Below, piece after piece: positions 37,356 to 47,552 of a stretch of DNA of 64,000 bases (the stretch's first letter is position 1; every line of letters starts with the position of its first letter). The DNA is from Candidatus Levyibacteriota bacterium. Lineage in GTDB: Bacteria; Patescibacteriota; Microgenomatia; Levybacterales; UBA12049. A program made the position numbers and the translations under genes. The notes beneath the pieces are model-generated. The model was given only the letters and a program-made list of their open reading frames with translations. It did not search any database and was not told the origin of the DNA. Where the stretch lies: assembly GCA_027459725.1 (NCBI GenBank), contig DAIDHK010000001.1:195411-259410 (forward strand). Reading direction: 5' to 3'.

Positions 37356-39296
37356 ATGTCAAATACTCTGCTCAAGGAGCTAAATCCAGCACAACAGAAA
37401 GCTGTATTACAAACCGAAGGTCCGATGATAATTCTTGCCGGTGCAGGGTCAGGTAAAACCCGAGTTCTAACATACAAGGTAATGTACTTAATTATGGAGA
37501 AGCAGACCCCTCCTGAAAATATATTAATGATTACTTTTACTAACAAAGCAGCAAAAGAAATGAAGGAAAGAATCATTAAGTATTTTAAGCAAAACAATGA
37601 TCTGAAGAATACTCGTCAAATTCCTTTTGTCTCTACTTTCCATTCATTTTGTGCCAGACTATTAAGGATTGAAGGTAAATTTATCGGCTTATCCAACAAC
37701 TACGTGATCTATGATGACCAAGATCGATTAGAAGCAGTCAAAGAAGTAATGCACCGGCTTGATATTTCCCAAAAAGATTTTAAACCTAACTCTGTATTAT
37801 GGACAATATCTCAAGCTAAAAATGAATTACTAGGCCCTGAGGACTATGCTAATTTTGCCCGGGGAATTTTTCAAAACAAAGTAGCTCAGATCTATCCCCT
37901 ATACCAGCAAATCCTTAAAGAAGCTGATGCAGTTGACTTTGATGATTTGATTTTTAAAACTGTTGATCTATTTAAATCAAATCCTTCATTATTGGATAAA
38001 TATCAAAACAAATTCACATACATTCTTGTTGATGAATACCAAGATACTAATCGTGCGCAATATGTTTTGACCAAACTTTTGTCGGAAAAATGGAAAAACA
38101 TTTGTGTGGTAGGGGATTTCTCACAAAGTATTTACTCCTGGAGAGGTGCTGACTATCGTAATTTAATGCGTTTTCAGTCCGACTATCCCCACGCTCGAAC
38201 TTTCTCCTTAGATCAAAACTATCGCTCGACTCAAAAAATACTGGATGCTGCCTCTACTGTTATTAGCCACAATAAATCACATCCTGTTCTCAAGTTATGG
38301 ACAGAAAACCCGAAGGGTGAAGAAATTATCATTTATGAAGCTTCCAATGAACAGGACGAGGCAGATTTTATTGTTCAAACGATTAAGGATATCGGTGAGA
38401 AAGACTTACATTCAATTGCAGTTTTATATCGTACCAATGCCCAGTCTCGGGTTATTGAAGAAGCTTTTTTGCACTATGCTATTCCTTATTTATTGATAGG
38501 AGGAATAAGATTTTATGAACGTAAAGAGATTAAAGACGTTATCTCATACTTACGCTATCTGATAAATCCCAACGATTTAGTAGCCTTTAAAAGAATTGAA
38601 AAAATTGGCAAAACAAGATTAAAAAAACTTTTAGAGTTCCAAAAACAACTTCTAGAGAAACCTGTCTTTAATGATCAGACAACTTCGGTTAGTTTTGAAG
38701 AATCAACTGCGTGGTTGGAAGAAGATCAATCTTCAGAAAATAAGACATCCGAGGATAAACTCACGACGATTGATTTACTCGATGCTACCTTACGCACTAC
38801 TGAATATCTTAATTTATATGATAAAAATGTAGAAGAAGATGCGATGCGTTTTGAGAATGTTAAAGAACTTAGATCAGTAGCAATAAACTTTCCTAATATT
38901 ACTGAATTTTTAGAAAATGTGGCTCTAGTGGAGCAAGAATACTCTAGTGAACCACAAAAGAATGACAAAAAAAATGCCATAACTTTGATGACCTTACATG
39001 CAGCTAAGGGGCTGGAATTTGAGAATGTCTTTATGATTGGGATGGAAGAGGGAATCTTCCCTCATAGCCGTAGTCTTATGGATAGGGATGAACTGGAAGA
39101 GGAAAGACGCTTGGCTTATGTAGGAATTACCAGAGCAAAAAAAAGACTTTTTTTAACTTATGCACGCAGACGTATGTTTTTTGGTCAACGCTCTAACAAT
39201 ACCGTTTCACGCTTCATTTTAGAACTGCCAGAGCATGTCCTCACAGAAGAATTTAGCCGACTAAGAAAGAAAGATGAACTTCCTGATTACTTATAG
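37356..39296 (+). CDS. UvrD/PcrA/Rep-family ATP-dependent DNA helicase
   Basis: LNPAQQKAV...AGAGSGKTRVL Walker A, DEYQDTN helicase motif II, full superfamily-1 length (646 aa). Confidence 0.9.
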   Translation: MSNTLLKELNPAQQKAVLQTEGPMIILAGAGSGKTRVLTYKVMYLIMEKQTPPENILMITFTNKAAKEMKERIIKYFKQNNDLKNTRQIPFVSTFHSFCARLLRIEGKFIGLSNNYVIYDDQDRLEAVKEVMHRLDISQKDFKPNSVLWTISQAKNELLGPEDYANFARGIFQNKVAQIYPLYQQILKEADAVDFDDLIFKTVDLFKSNPSLLDKYQNKFTYILVDEYQDTNRAQYVLTKLLSEKWKNICVVGDFSQSIYSWRGADYRNLMRFQSDYPHARTFSLDQNYRSTQKILDAASTVISHNKSHPVLKLWTENPKGEEIIIYEASNEQDEADFIVQTIKDIGEKDLHSIAVLYRTNAQSRVIEEAFLHYAIPYLLIGGIRFYERKEIKDVISYLRYLINPNDLVAFKRIEKIGKTRLKKLLEFQKQLLEKPVFNDQTTSVSFEESTAWLEEDQSSENKTSEDKLTTIDLLDATLRTTEYLNLYDKNVEEDAMRFENVKELRSVAINFPNITEFLENVALVEQEYSSEPQKNDKKNAITLMTLHAAKGLEFENVFMIGMEEGIFPHSRSLMDRDELEEERRLAYVGITRAKKRLFLTYARRRMFFGQRSNNTVSRFILELPEHVLTEEFSRLRKKDELPDYL

Positions 39297-39347
39297 TTAC
39301 TATTATAAGTTCTTCGTTCAATAAGCACTCCCTGCTATAATACTTCT

Positions 39348-40382
39348 ATGACCACCAGAGATATCAGGCCGGAAGATAGAAGTCTATATAACTCAGTAGT
39401 CTCCCATCCTCTGCAGTCATATGAATGGGGAGAATTCAGAGAACAACAAGGAATAAAAGTTATTCGAAAAGGATTATTTGATAAAGATAAGTTAGTTTCT
39501 GCATTTCAATTAACCATACATAAAATTCCACATTCCATTTTTACTATTGGTTATCTGCCAAAGGGCACTTTACCAAATACAGAACTATTGGAACAATTAA
39601 AAAAGATTGGTCAAGAAAATAACTGTATTTATATTCAACTCGAACCTAATATCCACAAATCTGATAATTTTGACTTAAAAATCAAAAATTTAAAAAAATC
39701 ATTTCATCCTCTATTTACGAAATATTCTTTTATATTGGATTTAACCAAGTCAGAAGAAGAATTACTGAAAAACATGCACCATAAAACCAGATATAACATC
39801 CGAGTTGCCCAGAAACATGAAGTGATGATAGTCGAGGACAATTCAGATGAAGCATTCGAGACTTACTGGAAGATCATGGAAGAAACCACGTCCAGACAAA
39901 AGTTCTATGCTCACACAAAATCTTATCATAAAAAACAGTGGGAGATTTTTGCAAAAAAGAAAAAATTTGATCCAAATGAACTGCAATATCATCTAATGCT
40001 TGCTAACTATAACCCACCCTCTACCAATCAAATTGTAACTCTAGCAGCATGGGTGCTTTTTACTTTCCACGATACTCTTTACTACCCATATGGTTCTTCC
40101 AGTAGTGAGAATCGGGAGACTATGGCAAGTAATCTAATGATGTGGGAAGCCATAAGGTTTGGCAAAAAATTGGGTCTAAAGTATTTTGATATGTGGGGCT
40201 CACTGGGACCAAAACCCGATATCAAAGATCCATGGTTTGGATTCCATCGTTTCAAACAAGGTTATAATCCACTACTAACAGAGTTTATGGGAAGCTATGA
40301 TTTAGTCATTAATCAGTTGCTATATCAGGTTTTGAAAGTCGTTGATAAATTAAGATGGATTTACCTGCGAATGAAAAAATAA
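39348..40382 (+). CDS. FemAB-family peptidoglycan interpeptide-bridge aminoacyltransferase
   Basis: HKTRYNIRVAQKH motif and paired GNAT-like halves typical of FemX/FemAB. Confidence 0.7.
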   Translation: MTTRDIRPEDRSLYNSVVSHPLQSYEWGEFREQQGIKVIRKGLFDKDKLVSAFQLTIHKIPHSIFTIGYLPKGTLPNTELLEQLKKIGQENNCIYIQLEPNIHKSDNFDLKIKNLKKSFHPLFTKYSFILDLTKSEEELLKNMHHKTRYNIRVAQKHEVMIVEDNSDEAFETYWKIMEETTSRQKFYAHTKSYHKKQWEIFAKKKKFDPNELQYHLMLANYNPPSTNQIVTLAAWVLFTFHDTLYYPYGSSSSENRETMASNLMMWEAIRFGKKLGLKYFDMWGSLGPKPDIKDPWFGFHRFKQGYNPLLTEFMGSYDLVINQLLYQVLKVVDKLRWIYLRMKK

Positions 40383-40384
40383 TA

Positions 40385-40948
40385 TTATTTTATTCTGCTT
40401 CTACTTCTGGCTTTTTTGGGAATTTCGTAAACATAAATAAGCCTCTCTTTATCTTCAGTGATTAAATTTAAATAAGGGATTTTATAACGATAACAGATTA
40501 CACGTGTACCCGGTTTAAGTTCTGATAAAACTTTTCGTTTTAATCTCTGTATAGCTTTAGGGACAAGATAAATAAATACCACGCTGGCTTCATCAATACT
40601 TACCTTAAACATATCTTTACGTAAAATGGTTATCTTATCTTTAAAACCGGCAAAACTAACTGCTCTCTTGGCATACCACACTCTCCATGGATCTATTTCA
40701 ATCCCCACACCTTTACTTCCATACTCTCTGGCGGCGGTGATCAAAGCAGTACCTTCGCCACAGCCTAAATCATAAATAATATCACTCTTTCTTACTTTAG
40801 CCATCTTGCACATAATCAAAGCAGATTTTTTATCTGTACTCCACCAGGGAGCCCACGGACTATCCGGGGGCCAAAACCAGGAAAGAAGATAAAGAAGAAA
40901 AATAATGACAATAAGGAGGAACAGTTGTGTAAACAAGAACGAAAACAT
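40385..40948 (-). CDS. Class I SAM-dependent methyltransferase with N-terminal TM helix
   Basis: DLGCGEGTALITAARE...GIEIDPWRV motifs I-II. Confidence 0.75.
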   Translation of the reverse strand: MFSFLFTQLFLLIVIIFLLYLLSWFWPPDSPWAPWWSTDKKSALIMCKMAKVRKSDIIYDLGCGEGTALITAAREYGSKGVGIEIDPWRVWYAKRAVSFAGFKDKITILRKDMFKVSIDEASVVFIYLVPKAIQRLKRKVLSELKPGTRVICYRYKIPYLNLITEDKERLIYVYEIPKKARSRSRIK

Positions 40949-40957
40949 GTAATTATC

Positions 40958-41503
40958 CTAGCGTGAAACAAGAATTTTAGCAAGCCTTTCCTGCTCTTTA
41001 GTTGTAAGAAACGGCATAATAGCATTAAATAATTCATGGGTAACAAATGCGTTACGAAACCTTCCTTCCTTCTTATATCTAATTCCTCTCCTTTGAGCTT
41101 CATTTGACGCCATATCTACCTGTAAAAGTAGCATAAATGTTTCCACACCAGAAATAAATAACCTCGTTTTCTCTATCTCTGAAATACGTGTCGCATTAAT
41201 TTGTAGATCTTGGATTGCCGCTCCCGCAACACGATCCATCTGATCAAATGACTTATTTCTTTTCATAGCATAAATGAAAGAGGCAAATGCCAGATCTGAA
41301 GTATCTCGTAAATTAGGGGTATATCTGGTTAAGGAAGCTCTAGAAAAAGGATACACAACCAGATGATGTGCCTTGATATAAACGGCTCTAGCCACCTCGT
41401 CCATTTGGGAAATTGTTCTATTCTGTTCTGGCTGTAAATGACCGATCCTCCAAGTACTGGAATCCATCCTGTTAGGATCTATATAACTCTGTCTATCTAC
41501 CAT
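40958..41503 (-). CDS. Hypothetical protein
   Basis: 181-aa ORF, no recognisable motif, co-directional and tightly spaced between the methyltransferase and RNase H genes. Confidence 0.4.
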   Translation of the reverse strand: MVDRQSYIDPNRMDSSTWRIGHLQPEQNRTISQMDEVARAVYIKAHHLVVYPFSRASLTRYTPNLRDTSDLAFASFIYAMKRNKSFDQMDRVAGAAIQDLQINATRISEIEKTRLFISGVETFMLLLQVDMASNEAQRRGIRYKKEGRFRNAFVTHELFNAIMPFLTTKEQERLAKILVSR

Positions 41504-41545
41504 AAATCATATTTTAACACAGTTTTTAACATTACACTATGGGTC

Positions 41546-42151
41546 TTATGTTGAATTATATGAGGCTAAATCATTGGCTAGCTTATCCACTCTTTCATTA
41601 TTAACATCTCCACTGTGACCCATAACTTTCCTGTAGTTAACTTTTAATTGATTCCTGGAGATTATATCTGCAATATCTTTAAAAATATCCTGATTGACTT
41701 TCACTTTGGAAAAATGTTTGCTGACACCAAAAATAGAGATTTGACTATCTGTATAGATGTCTATATTTTTATATCTTTTCTGTGCTGCCCACTGCAAAGC
41801 ATATAAAATAGCATATGCTTCTGCCCGATTGTTAGTTTGTTTTCCATTTACTAAACCTGCTTTTTCATAATCTCCAGCAACAAAAGCCCAGGCTGCTTTA
41901 GCTTGCGGACTTCCATTATTAGTACACGCACCATCAGTCCAAATCTTTACATCAGGAGGGGAGAGAGAAGGTTTTTCTTTAGTAGAGAACAAATCATGAT
42001 TAACTACTTTAAACTTATCCTCATGATAAATCCGGTGACAATTGGGACAAAATAAATAAGCTCTATAATAATATGGTTTAACTAAATTTAAAGATTTATT
42101 TTTAGTTTCTTTGATAATTAATTCATGACCACAAGATCGACACGTCTTCAT
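41546..42151 (-). CDS. rnhA: Ribonuclease HI with N-terminal Cys4 zinc-ribbon extension
   Basis: C-terminal RNase H fold (TDGACTNNG...EAYAILYAL...YTDSQ...HSGDVNNERVDKLA); N-terminal CRSCGH...CPNCH. Confidence 0.8.
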   Translation of the reverse strand: MKTCRSCGHELIIKETKNKSLNLVKPYYYRAYLFCPNCHRIYHEDKFKVVNHDLFSTKEKPSLSPPDVKIWTDGACTNNGSPQAKAAWAFVAGDYEKAGLVNGKQTNNRAEAYAILYALQWAAQKRYKNIDIYTDSQISIFGVSKHFSKVKVNQDIFKDIADIISRNQLKVNYRKVMGHSGDVNNERVDKLANDLASYNST

Positions 42152-42202
42152 AAAGCATACTCCATATTCTAACAGAAAATATTCTAGTACTACTTGACTA
42201 AA

Positions 42203-44353
42203 TCAGACCACTATTCTACCGTCTTCCACTTTAGGTTTAATCGTATCACCTGGTTTAATATTACCATCCAATATCTTCTCTGCAATTTTATCTACCAGCT
42301 TTTCTTCGATAATTCTTCGCAGTGGTCGAGCACCAAAGACAGGATCATAACCATTTTCAGCTAACCAGATTGCTACATCATCATTATATTGCATATCTAT
42401 ATTATTTTCGTTCATTCTAATTTTTACCTCTTTTAATTGCTGTTCAGCAATTTTGACTATATCCTTAGCTGACAATGAATTATAAATCACCACACTATCC
42501 AATCGATTCAAAAATTCCGGACGAAAACTTTGTTTCAAAACCGTCCACACTCTCTCTTGCAAATTCTCTTTTGTCTTTTCATTCTTGGCTTCAGCAATAA
42601 TATCACTAGCAATATTGCTAGTCATAACGATAATAGTATTTCTAAAATCGACAGTTATTCCTTTGCCATCAGTAAGACGTCCTTCGTCAAAGAGTTGCAA
42701 AAATATATTAAAAACTTCTGTATGAGCTTTTTCTACTTCGTCAAAGAGAATGACAGAATAAGGTTTACGTCTAACTGCTTCTGTCAACTGTCCACCTTCA
42801 TCATACCCCACATAACCAGGTGGAGCACCGATCAGGCGAGCAACCGAATGTGGCTGAGAATATTCACTCATATCAATACGTATCAGGGCATGTTCATCAC
42901 TAAATAACAATCTGGCGATTGCTTTGGCTGTTTCGGTTTTACCAACGCCGGTGGGACCAAGAAAGAGGAAAGTACCGATTGGTTTATTTTTCTCTCCCAA
43001 ACCAGAACGGTTTCTCTTAATAGCCCTGCTGACAACTTCCACCGCTTTATCCTGTCCGATAATTTGTTCTTTCAACTCTTTATCTAATGAAGCAATTCTT
43101 TCTGCTTCAGAAGCCAGCATCCTTTGAGCGGGAATACCTGTCCAACGGGCTACAACTCTGGCAATATCATCTTCATCAACTTCTACACGTAAAACTCTAT
43201 CTTCAAATGAAATTTTCTCCCATTGATCCATCTTGTTCTGCAATTTTTTTTCCAAATCGGGAAGTTTACCATATTTTATTTCGGCTGCTTTTTGTAAATT
43301 GACATCTTTTTCAGCTTGTTCTAAATCAATTCGCAAAGCATCACCCTGTGCTCTGATCTCCTGTATCTGCTGAATTAAATCTTTCTGTTCACTCCAGTGT
43401 TTTTCTATACTGGATGCTTTTTCTTTTAACTTTTTCAACTCAGCTTCCTGTTGAATCTTACGAGCTTTTGATAATTCACTTTTTTCTTTATTCAGAGCTG
43501 CTAATTCAATCTCAATCTGGGTAATATTACGTCTCAAACTATCCAGTTCTGCCGGCATACTCTCGGTCTCGATCTTAATAGCCGCCGCTGCTTCATCAAT
43601 TAAATCAATTGCTTTATCGGGTAAAAAACGATGTGGGATGTATTGCACCGAAAGCTTGGCAGCAGCGATAATTGCATTATCAGTTATGCGAATCCCATGA
43701 TGCAATTCATATTTTTCTTTAATTCCGCGCAAAATGGAAATAGTATCAGCAATCGAAGGCTCATCAACAGTAACAGGTTGAAAACGGCGGGCAAGAGCGG
43801 GATCTTTTTCAATATACTTACGATATTCACCAGCAGTCGTAGCTCCAATCATTTTCATTGTTCCACGGGCTAGAGAGGGTTTTAGAATATTCGCCGCATC
43901 AGATGATCCTTCTGCTGCCCCTCCGCCCACCAAAGTATGCATCTCATCGATGAATATAATATATTTTCCATTTGATTCTTCTACACCTTTAATTACACCT
44001 TTAAGACGCTCTTCAAACTCTCCACGAAACTTTGCTCCAGCCAATAGTAACGAAAAGTCCAATACTAACAATTCTTTATCTTTCAATGTAGTTGGTACCG
44101 TTCCATCAGCAATCCTCTGTGCCAATCCTTCTACAATCGCGGTTTTCCCCACACCTGGATCACCAATCAAAAGCGGATTATTTTTTGTACGACGGGAGAG
44201 TATTTCCATTACACGTCTAACCTCAACTTCGCGACCAATAACAGGATCAATTTTATTTTGCTTTGCTGATGCTGTGAGATTAATAGTGAACTTTTTTAAT
44301 GCTTCCTGAGGGGAAACTGGTTTAAGGAAATCCGGTACTTGATTACTATCCAT
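42203..44353 (-). CDS. clpB: ATP-dependent chaperone ClpB, short form lacking the N-terminal domain
   Basis: Two AAA+ modules (GDPGVGKTA and GPTGVGKTE Walker A), long coiled-coil M-domain between them; ORF-track TTG start at 44389 lies in the putative promoter, so the ATG at 44353 (MDSNQVPDF...) is more plausible; protein begins about 20 aa before NBD1. Confidence 0.9.
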   Translation of the reverse strand: MDSNQVPDFLKPVSPQEALKKFTINLTASAKQNKIDPVIGREVEVRRVMEILSRRTKNNPLLIGDPGVGKTAIVEGLAQRIADGTVPTTLKDKELLVLDFSLLLAGAKFRGEFEERLKGVIKGVEESNGKYIIFIDEMHTLVGGGAAEGSSDAANILKPSLARGTMKMIGATTAGEYRKYIEKDPALARRFQPVTVDEPSIADTISILRGIKEKYELHHGIRITDNAIIAAAKLSVQYIPHRFLPDKAIDLIDEAAAAIKIETESMPAELDSLRRNITQIEIELAALNKEKSELSKARKIQQEAELKKLKEKASSIEKHWSEQKDLIQQIQEIRAQGDALRIDLEQAEKDVNLQKAAEIKYGKLPDLEKKLQNKMDQWEKISFEDRVLRVEVDEDDIARVVARWTGIPAQRMLASEAERIASLDKELKEQIIGQDKAVEVVSRAIKRNRSGLGEKNKPIGTFLFLGPTGVGKTETAKAIARLLFSDEHALIRIDMSEYSQPHSVARLIGAPPGYVGYDEGGQLTEAVRRKPYSVILFDEVEKAHTEVFNIFLQLFDEGRLTDGKGITVDFRNTIIVMTSNIASDIIAEAKNEKTKENLQERVWTVLKQSFRPEFLNRLDSVVIYNSLSAKDIVKIAEQQLKEVKIRMNENNIDMQYNDDVAIWLAENGYDPVFGARPLRRIIEEKLVDKIAEKILDGNIKPGDTIKPKVEDGRIVV

Positions 44354-44369
44354 ATTCCCTATTATGCCA

Positions 44370-44396
44370 TTAGCAGTTCGGTGTGTCAAGTGCTAT
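44370..44396 (-). promoter_or_regulatory. CIRCE-like inverted repeat (candidate HrcA operator) overlapping a putative clpB promoter
   Basis: Minus strand ATAGCACTT-N9-AACTGCTAA versus CIRCE consensus TTAGCACTC-N9-GAGTGCTAA (14/18); embedded TTGACA (plus 44384..44389) -17- CATAAT (plus 44361..44366) just upstream of the ATG at 44353. Confidence 0.35.
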
Positions 44397-44418
44397 TTTT
44401 AAAAATTTACCACAAATA

Positions 44419-44457
44419 AGGAGAGAAGCTGCCCCGCCTTCTCTCCTCCTTTTATTA
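44419..44457. terminator. GC-rich hairpin with T-tract (terminator-like) upstream of the clpB promoter region
   Basis: AGGAGAGAAG-ctgccccgc-CTTCTCTCCT perfect 10-bp stem followed by CCTTTTATT on the plus strand; also U-rich downstream on the minus strand; no plus-strand gene ends here. Confidence 0.4.
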
Positions 44458-44788
44458 CTAGCCAATTCATCACCCGCTATTGTACCGGTGCTGAAAATAC
44501 TGTGATAAAAGCACTCAAGACTTTATATATTTGTCTATCTATCCATTCTACAAACTGATTCATAACAAATAAATTTTATTTATACTCTATATATTCTAAA
44601 TAAACCTGCCTGATTTATTTATTAATACCGGACTTGCATTAACCAGACGTTCATTTCCTTCGTTCTGGAATGCAGATGTCTCAGTAATATAATAAACACA
44701 TTTTTTGTTTATATTAATTTATTATAGAAACATAATATACCCTTAATATGATAAAAAAACTAAATTTCTGTAAGGAAGATGCAAGAAA

Positions 44789-44947
44789 CTACGAGAAATA
44801 TATCATCTTACCCCAACCTAAAATAGAAAAAGAAGTAGAGTAGTTTAAATGAGCCAGTCCATAAATCATCAAAAAAGCAATTACTATTATTAAAATTATT
44901 AAACCAATTAATACAGCACTATTTGAATTTTTATCTACAAGATTCAT
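44789..44947 (-). CDS. Possible small membrane peptide (52 aa)
   Basis: ATG...TAG ORF with one hydrophobic helix (VLIGLIILIIVIAFLMIYGLA) in the 680-bp AT-rich spacer; below the ORF-track size cutoff. Confidence 0.2.
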   Translation of the reverse strand: MNLVDKNSNSAVLIGLIILIIVIAFLMIYGLAHLNYSTSFSILGWGKMIYFS

Positions 44948-45072
44948 AGACTATATTGTTTCCAAAACAATTTCAGTAAAGGGAAAAGATGATCTTATTG
45001 AAAACCAATATAAATAATGTTGGAAAAGTGTAAGAATTAAATAATAAACAGCTGATGTGAAAAGTTAAGTTA

Positions 45073-45696
45073 TTAAAAACCTAATTCTTCCTTCACAAGG
45101 ATTAAATTTATTCGTGATGGATTTACTTCTCTATTATATATGACCAATTTACTAACGAAACTCTCCCAGTCTGCCGGAAGTCCATAAGCTTTTCTAGCTC
45201 TAACAGTCTCTAAAGGTAGCGTATATTCACTAATACGCTGCTCCCCTTCGGTAATATCTTTTACTACTTTCTGCGCACCGACTATCCATACCACGTGAGA
45301 AGAACCATATAGATATCCAGGCAACTGACTTCCCGAATTAGAGGCGATTAAAACCTTCCCATCCTGAGTGACAGCATGTACACTACCAATTGAGTATTCT
45401 GGAGCAGCACCTAATTTCTGCATTTCCAGACTCTGGGTATCACGATCCATTTTATTTAACTTTACTTTGATAGAATTATATTTACCCGACTCATCGAAAA
45501 TCGAGGGTAGACCCAAAGTTGCAAGAGTAACAGAGGTCATAGTCATTACTTCCGAACCTTGTGGAATTAACTCCAATGCTTTCTTTTTTGCTTCTTCCCC
45601 ACTCTCCACTATAGTGGTATTAAATCCATTAACATTAAGGTTTTCTGCTGTAGATTTTAATATACGATCAGAGGGAATCTGTTTCCAGTCTTTCAT
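45073..45696 (-). CDS. LUD-domain (LutC/YkgG-like, DUF162) protein
   Basis: 207 aa; overall pattern (VHAVTQDGKVLIASNSGS...VVWIVGAQKV) resembles the LutC family; assignment from memory of the family. Confidence 0.35.
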   Translation of the reverse strand: MKDWKQIPSDRILKSTAENLNVNGFNTTIVESGEEAKKKALELIPQGSEVMTMTSVTLATLGLPSIFDESGKYNSIKVKLNKMDRDTQSLEMQKLGAAPEYSIGSVHAVTQDGKVLIASNSGSQLPGYLYGSSHVVWIVGAQKVVKDITEGEQRISEYTLPLETVRARKAYGLPADWESFVSKLVIYNREVNPSRINLILVKEELGF

Positions 45697-45832
45697 ATTA
45701 GTTTTAATAATATCACTAATACTTTACTATGTAAAGTAGTTACATTTTGGATAGTATATGCTATAATTTGTTAATATTTTTATCAGTTTAGTCTTCTCTA
45801 TAAAGACTCTCTGAGGGGGGTATATAAACTAT

Positions 45833-46132
45833 ATGGAAAAACACTGTGGAGTAAGTAACACATTAAAGATTATCGGTAGTAAGTGGACTATACTTATACT
45901 CCATCAACTGTGCTCAGGTACTAAACGTTTCGGTGAACTACAACGTGAATTAAATGGAATAAGCCCAAAGACACTTTCCTTAAGATTAATACAACTAGAA
46001 AAACACGGTATCGTTAATAAAAAAGTCTTTGCAGAAATTCCCCTACATGTAGAGTATTCTTTAACCGGGAAAGGGTCATCTTTGAAAACAGTCATTGATG
46101 GAATGGAAAACTGGGGGAAGAAGGATAAATAA
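45833..46132 (+). CDS. HxlR-family winged-helix transcriptional regulator
   Basis: CGVSNTLKIIGSKWTILIL...RFGELQREL...ISPKTLSLRLIQLEKHGIV...EYSLT signature. Confidence 0.8.
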   Translation: MEKHCGVSNTLKIIGSKWTILILHQLCSGTKRFGELQRELNGISPKTLSLRLIQLEKHGIVNKKVFAEIPLHVEYSLTGKGSSLKTVIDGMENWGKKDK

Positions 46133-46414
46133 TCAGCAATTACCGATTCCGTTATTACTTCCAAGCAGATGAGCTCTCACCACTACTGTATCATAGCTTG
46201 TATGATCAAATGGTCTTACGTATTTAGGTCTGTCAAAGACTACTTTTTTATTGACAGCTGGTCTAACGTCCGAACGCTTCACTCCTGTTTCAGATCTTGC
46301 CCTACTAAGCTGATTTACATGTGCAGCAATAGCAATATCTCTTTGAGCTAAACTAAAATCTTTTCTGCGTCCTTCAGACCAAAATCGTATTTCATGTTCA
46401 ATTGGAAATTTCAT
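46133..46414 (-). CDS. Hypothetical protein (93 aa), locally GC-richer
   Basis: ORF between HxlR and lexA; no motif recognised. Confidence 0.3.
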   Translation of the reverse strand: MKFPIEHEIRFWSEGRRKDFSLAQRDIAIAAHVNQLSRARSETGVKRSDVRPAVNKKVVFDRPKYVRPFDHTSYDTVVVRAHLLGSNNGIGNC

Positions 46415-46501
46415 AGAGAGGGTATTCTAACATTTACATCTCTCTATTGCAAATATTCTATTTGTTCCATTTAAAAGAAGGGATTTTTGTCTCTTGACAG
46501 T

Positions 46502-46516
46502 GAACGTTTGTTTACT
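46502..46516 (+). promoter_or_regulatory. LexA-box-like operator (tGAACgtttGTTtac) inside the lexA promoter
   Basis: Matches Gram-positive Cheo box GAAC-N4-GTTC at 7/8 core positions; located between -35 TTGACA (46495..46500) and extended -10 TG-TATATT (46517..46524). Confidence 0.4.
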
Positions 46517-46521
46517 GTATA

Positions 46522-47100
46522 TTGTTGTTGATGACTATTGAAAATGCTAGCAGTAAACTGAAAAAATTCTTTATACAGCAAAGAAGATTACCTTCATATG
46601 CGGAAATGTGTGTTCTCTTTGGCTTTGCCTCTAAAAAGGCAGTATTTGATCTGGTTAATAAACTAATTGATGCTGGTCTGCTGGAGAAAGACAGCAAGGG
46701 TAAACTTTCTCCCAAGCGCTTATTCTCAATTCCACAATTGGGAATTATCAAGGCAGGATATCCCACACCCGGGGAAGCGCTTGCAGATGACAGCGTTGAT
46801 TTATATGAGTATCTGCTCAATCTACCGGGGGCAATTTTCTCTCTGATCGTCAAAGGAGATTCCATGATAGAAGAAGGCATACATGAAGGAGATGTGGTCA
46901 TTGTTGATAAATACCGTACCCCTCAAAATGGTGACGTAGTAGCAGCTTGCATCGACAATGAATGGACAATTAAGTATTATCGTAAAAATAATGCTGGCGT
47001 ACACTTAGCTCCAGCAAACTCTAACTATCCTATCATTTTCCCTAAAGGTGATTTATTAATCGGTGGTGTAGTAATCAGCGTGATCCGTAAATATCATTAA
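46522..47100 (+). CDS. lexA: LexA repressor (S24 peptidase)
   Basis: N-terminal winged helix; C-terminal KGDSM (Ser nucleophile) and VVAACIDNEWTIKY (Lys dyad) motifs; true start may be ATG 46531 since 46522 overlaps the -10 element. Confidence 0.85.
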   Translation: MLLMTIENASSKLKKFFIQQRRLPSYAEMCVLFGFASKKAVFDLVNKLIDAGLLEKDSKGKLSPKRLFSIPQLGIIKAGYPTPGEALADDSVDLYEYLLNLPGAIFSLIVKGDSMIEEGIHEGDVVIVDKYRTPQNGDVVAACIDNEWTIKYYRKNNAGVHLAPANSNYPIIFPKGDLLIGGVVISVIRKYH

Positions 47101-47101
47101 T

Positions 47102-47413
47102 ATGAAAATCACACTTGCCAAGATTTCTGATGAAATCGAATCTATCTCACAGATTTATACTCAAAAATTTTCCATCAAACGGGATGAGGATTGGTATATT
47201 TTGAAACTTCATGAAGAAGTAGGCGAACTGACTAAAGCATATTTATCTCTGAAAGGTCAAACTCGTATTAAGGATAAATCTCCATTAGAATTACGTCATG
47301 ATCTAACTGATGAAATTGCCGATGTTTTTTCCCAAATATTACTTATTGCCAAATATTACAATATTGATATTGAAAAGGCTGTAGCAACTAAATGGATGAT
47401 ATATAAAACTTAA
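47102..47413 (+). CDS. MazG-like nucleotide pyrophosphohydrolase (all-alpha NTP-PPase)
   Basis: 103 aa; LHEEVGELTKA ... DEIADVFSQIL EExxE/D motifs of MazG/HisE superfamily; start 2 nt after lexA stop. Confidence 0.55.
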   Translation: MKITLAKISDEIESISQIYTQKFSIKRDEDWYILKLHEEVGELTKAYLSLKGQTRIKDKSPLELRHDLTDEIADVFSQILLIAKYYNIDIEKAVATKWMIYKT

Positions 47414-47552
47414 ATAAATTCCAGTAATACTCGATTCATCATTTTTGTTTGACTAAATCCTCTCCGTTTTAATTTTAATTGTATAGAAATATTTATGATT
47501 CCTAAAATTTAAAATCCTCGTAAACCTTTTGAGTACTTTTTCATTAATAAAC

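Noticed and set aside
42203-44389. ORF-track start of clpB at a TTG codon (44389)
   Set aside because: That codon sits inside the putative -35/CIRCE element; the downstream ATG at 44353 gives an N-terminus aligning with the start of ClpB NBD1 and is preferred.
46512-46901. 129-aa ORF antisense to lexA
   Set aside because: Completely overlapped by the well-supported lexA CDS; Ser/Pro/Leu-rich junk translation.
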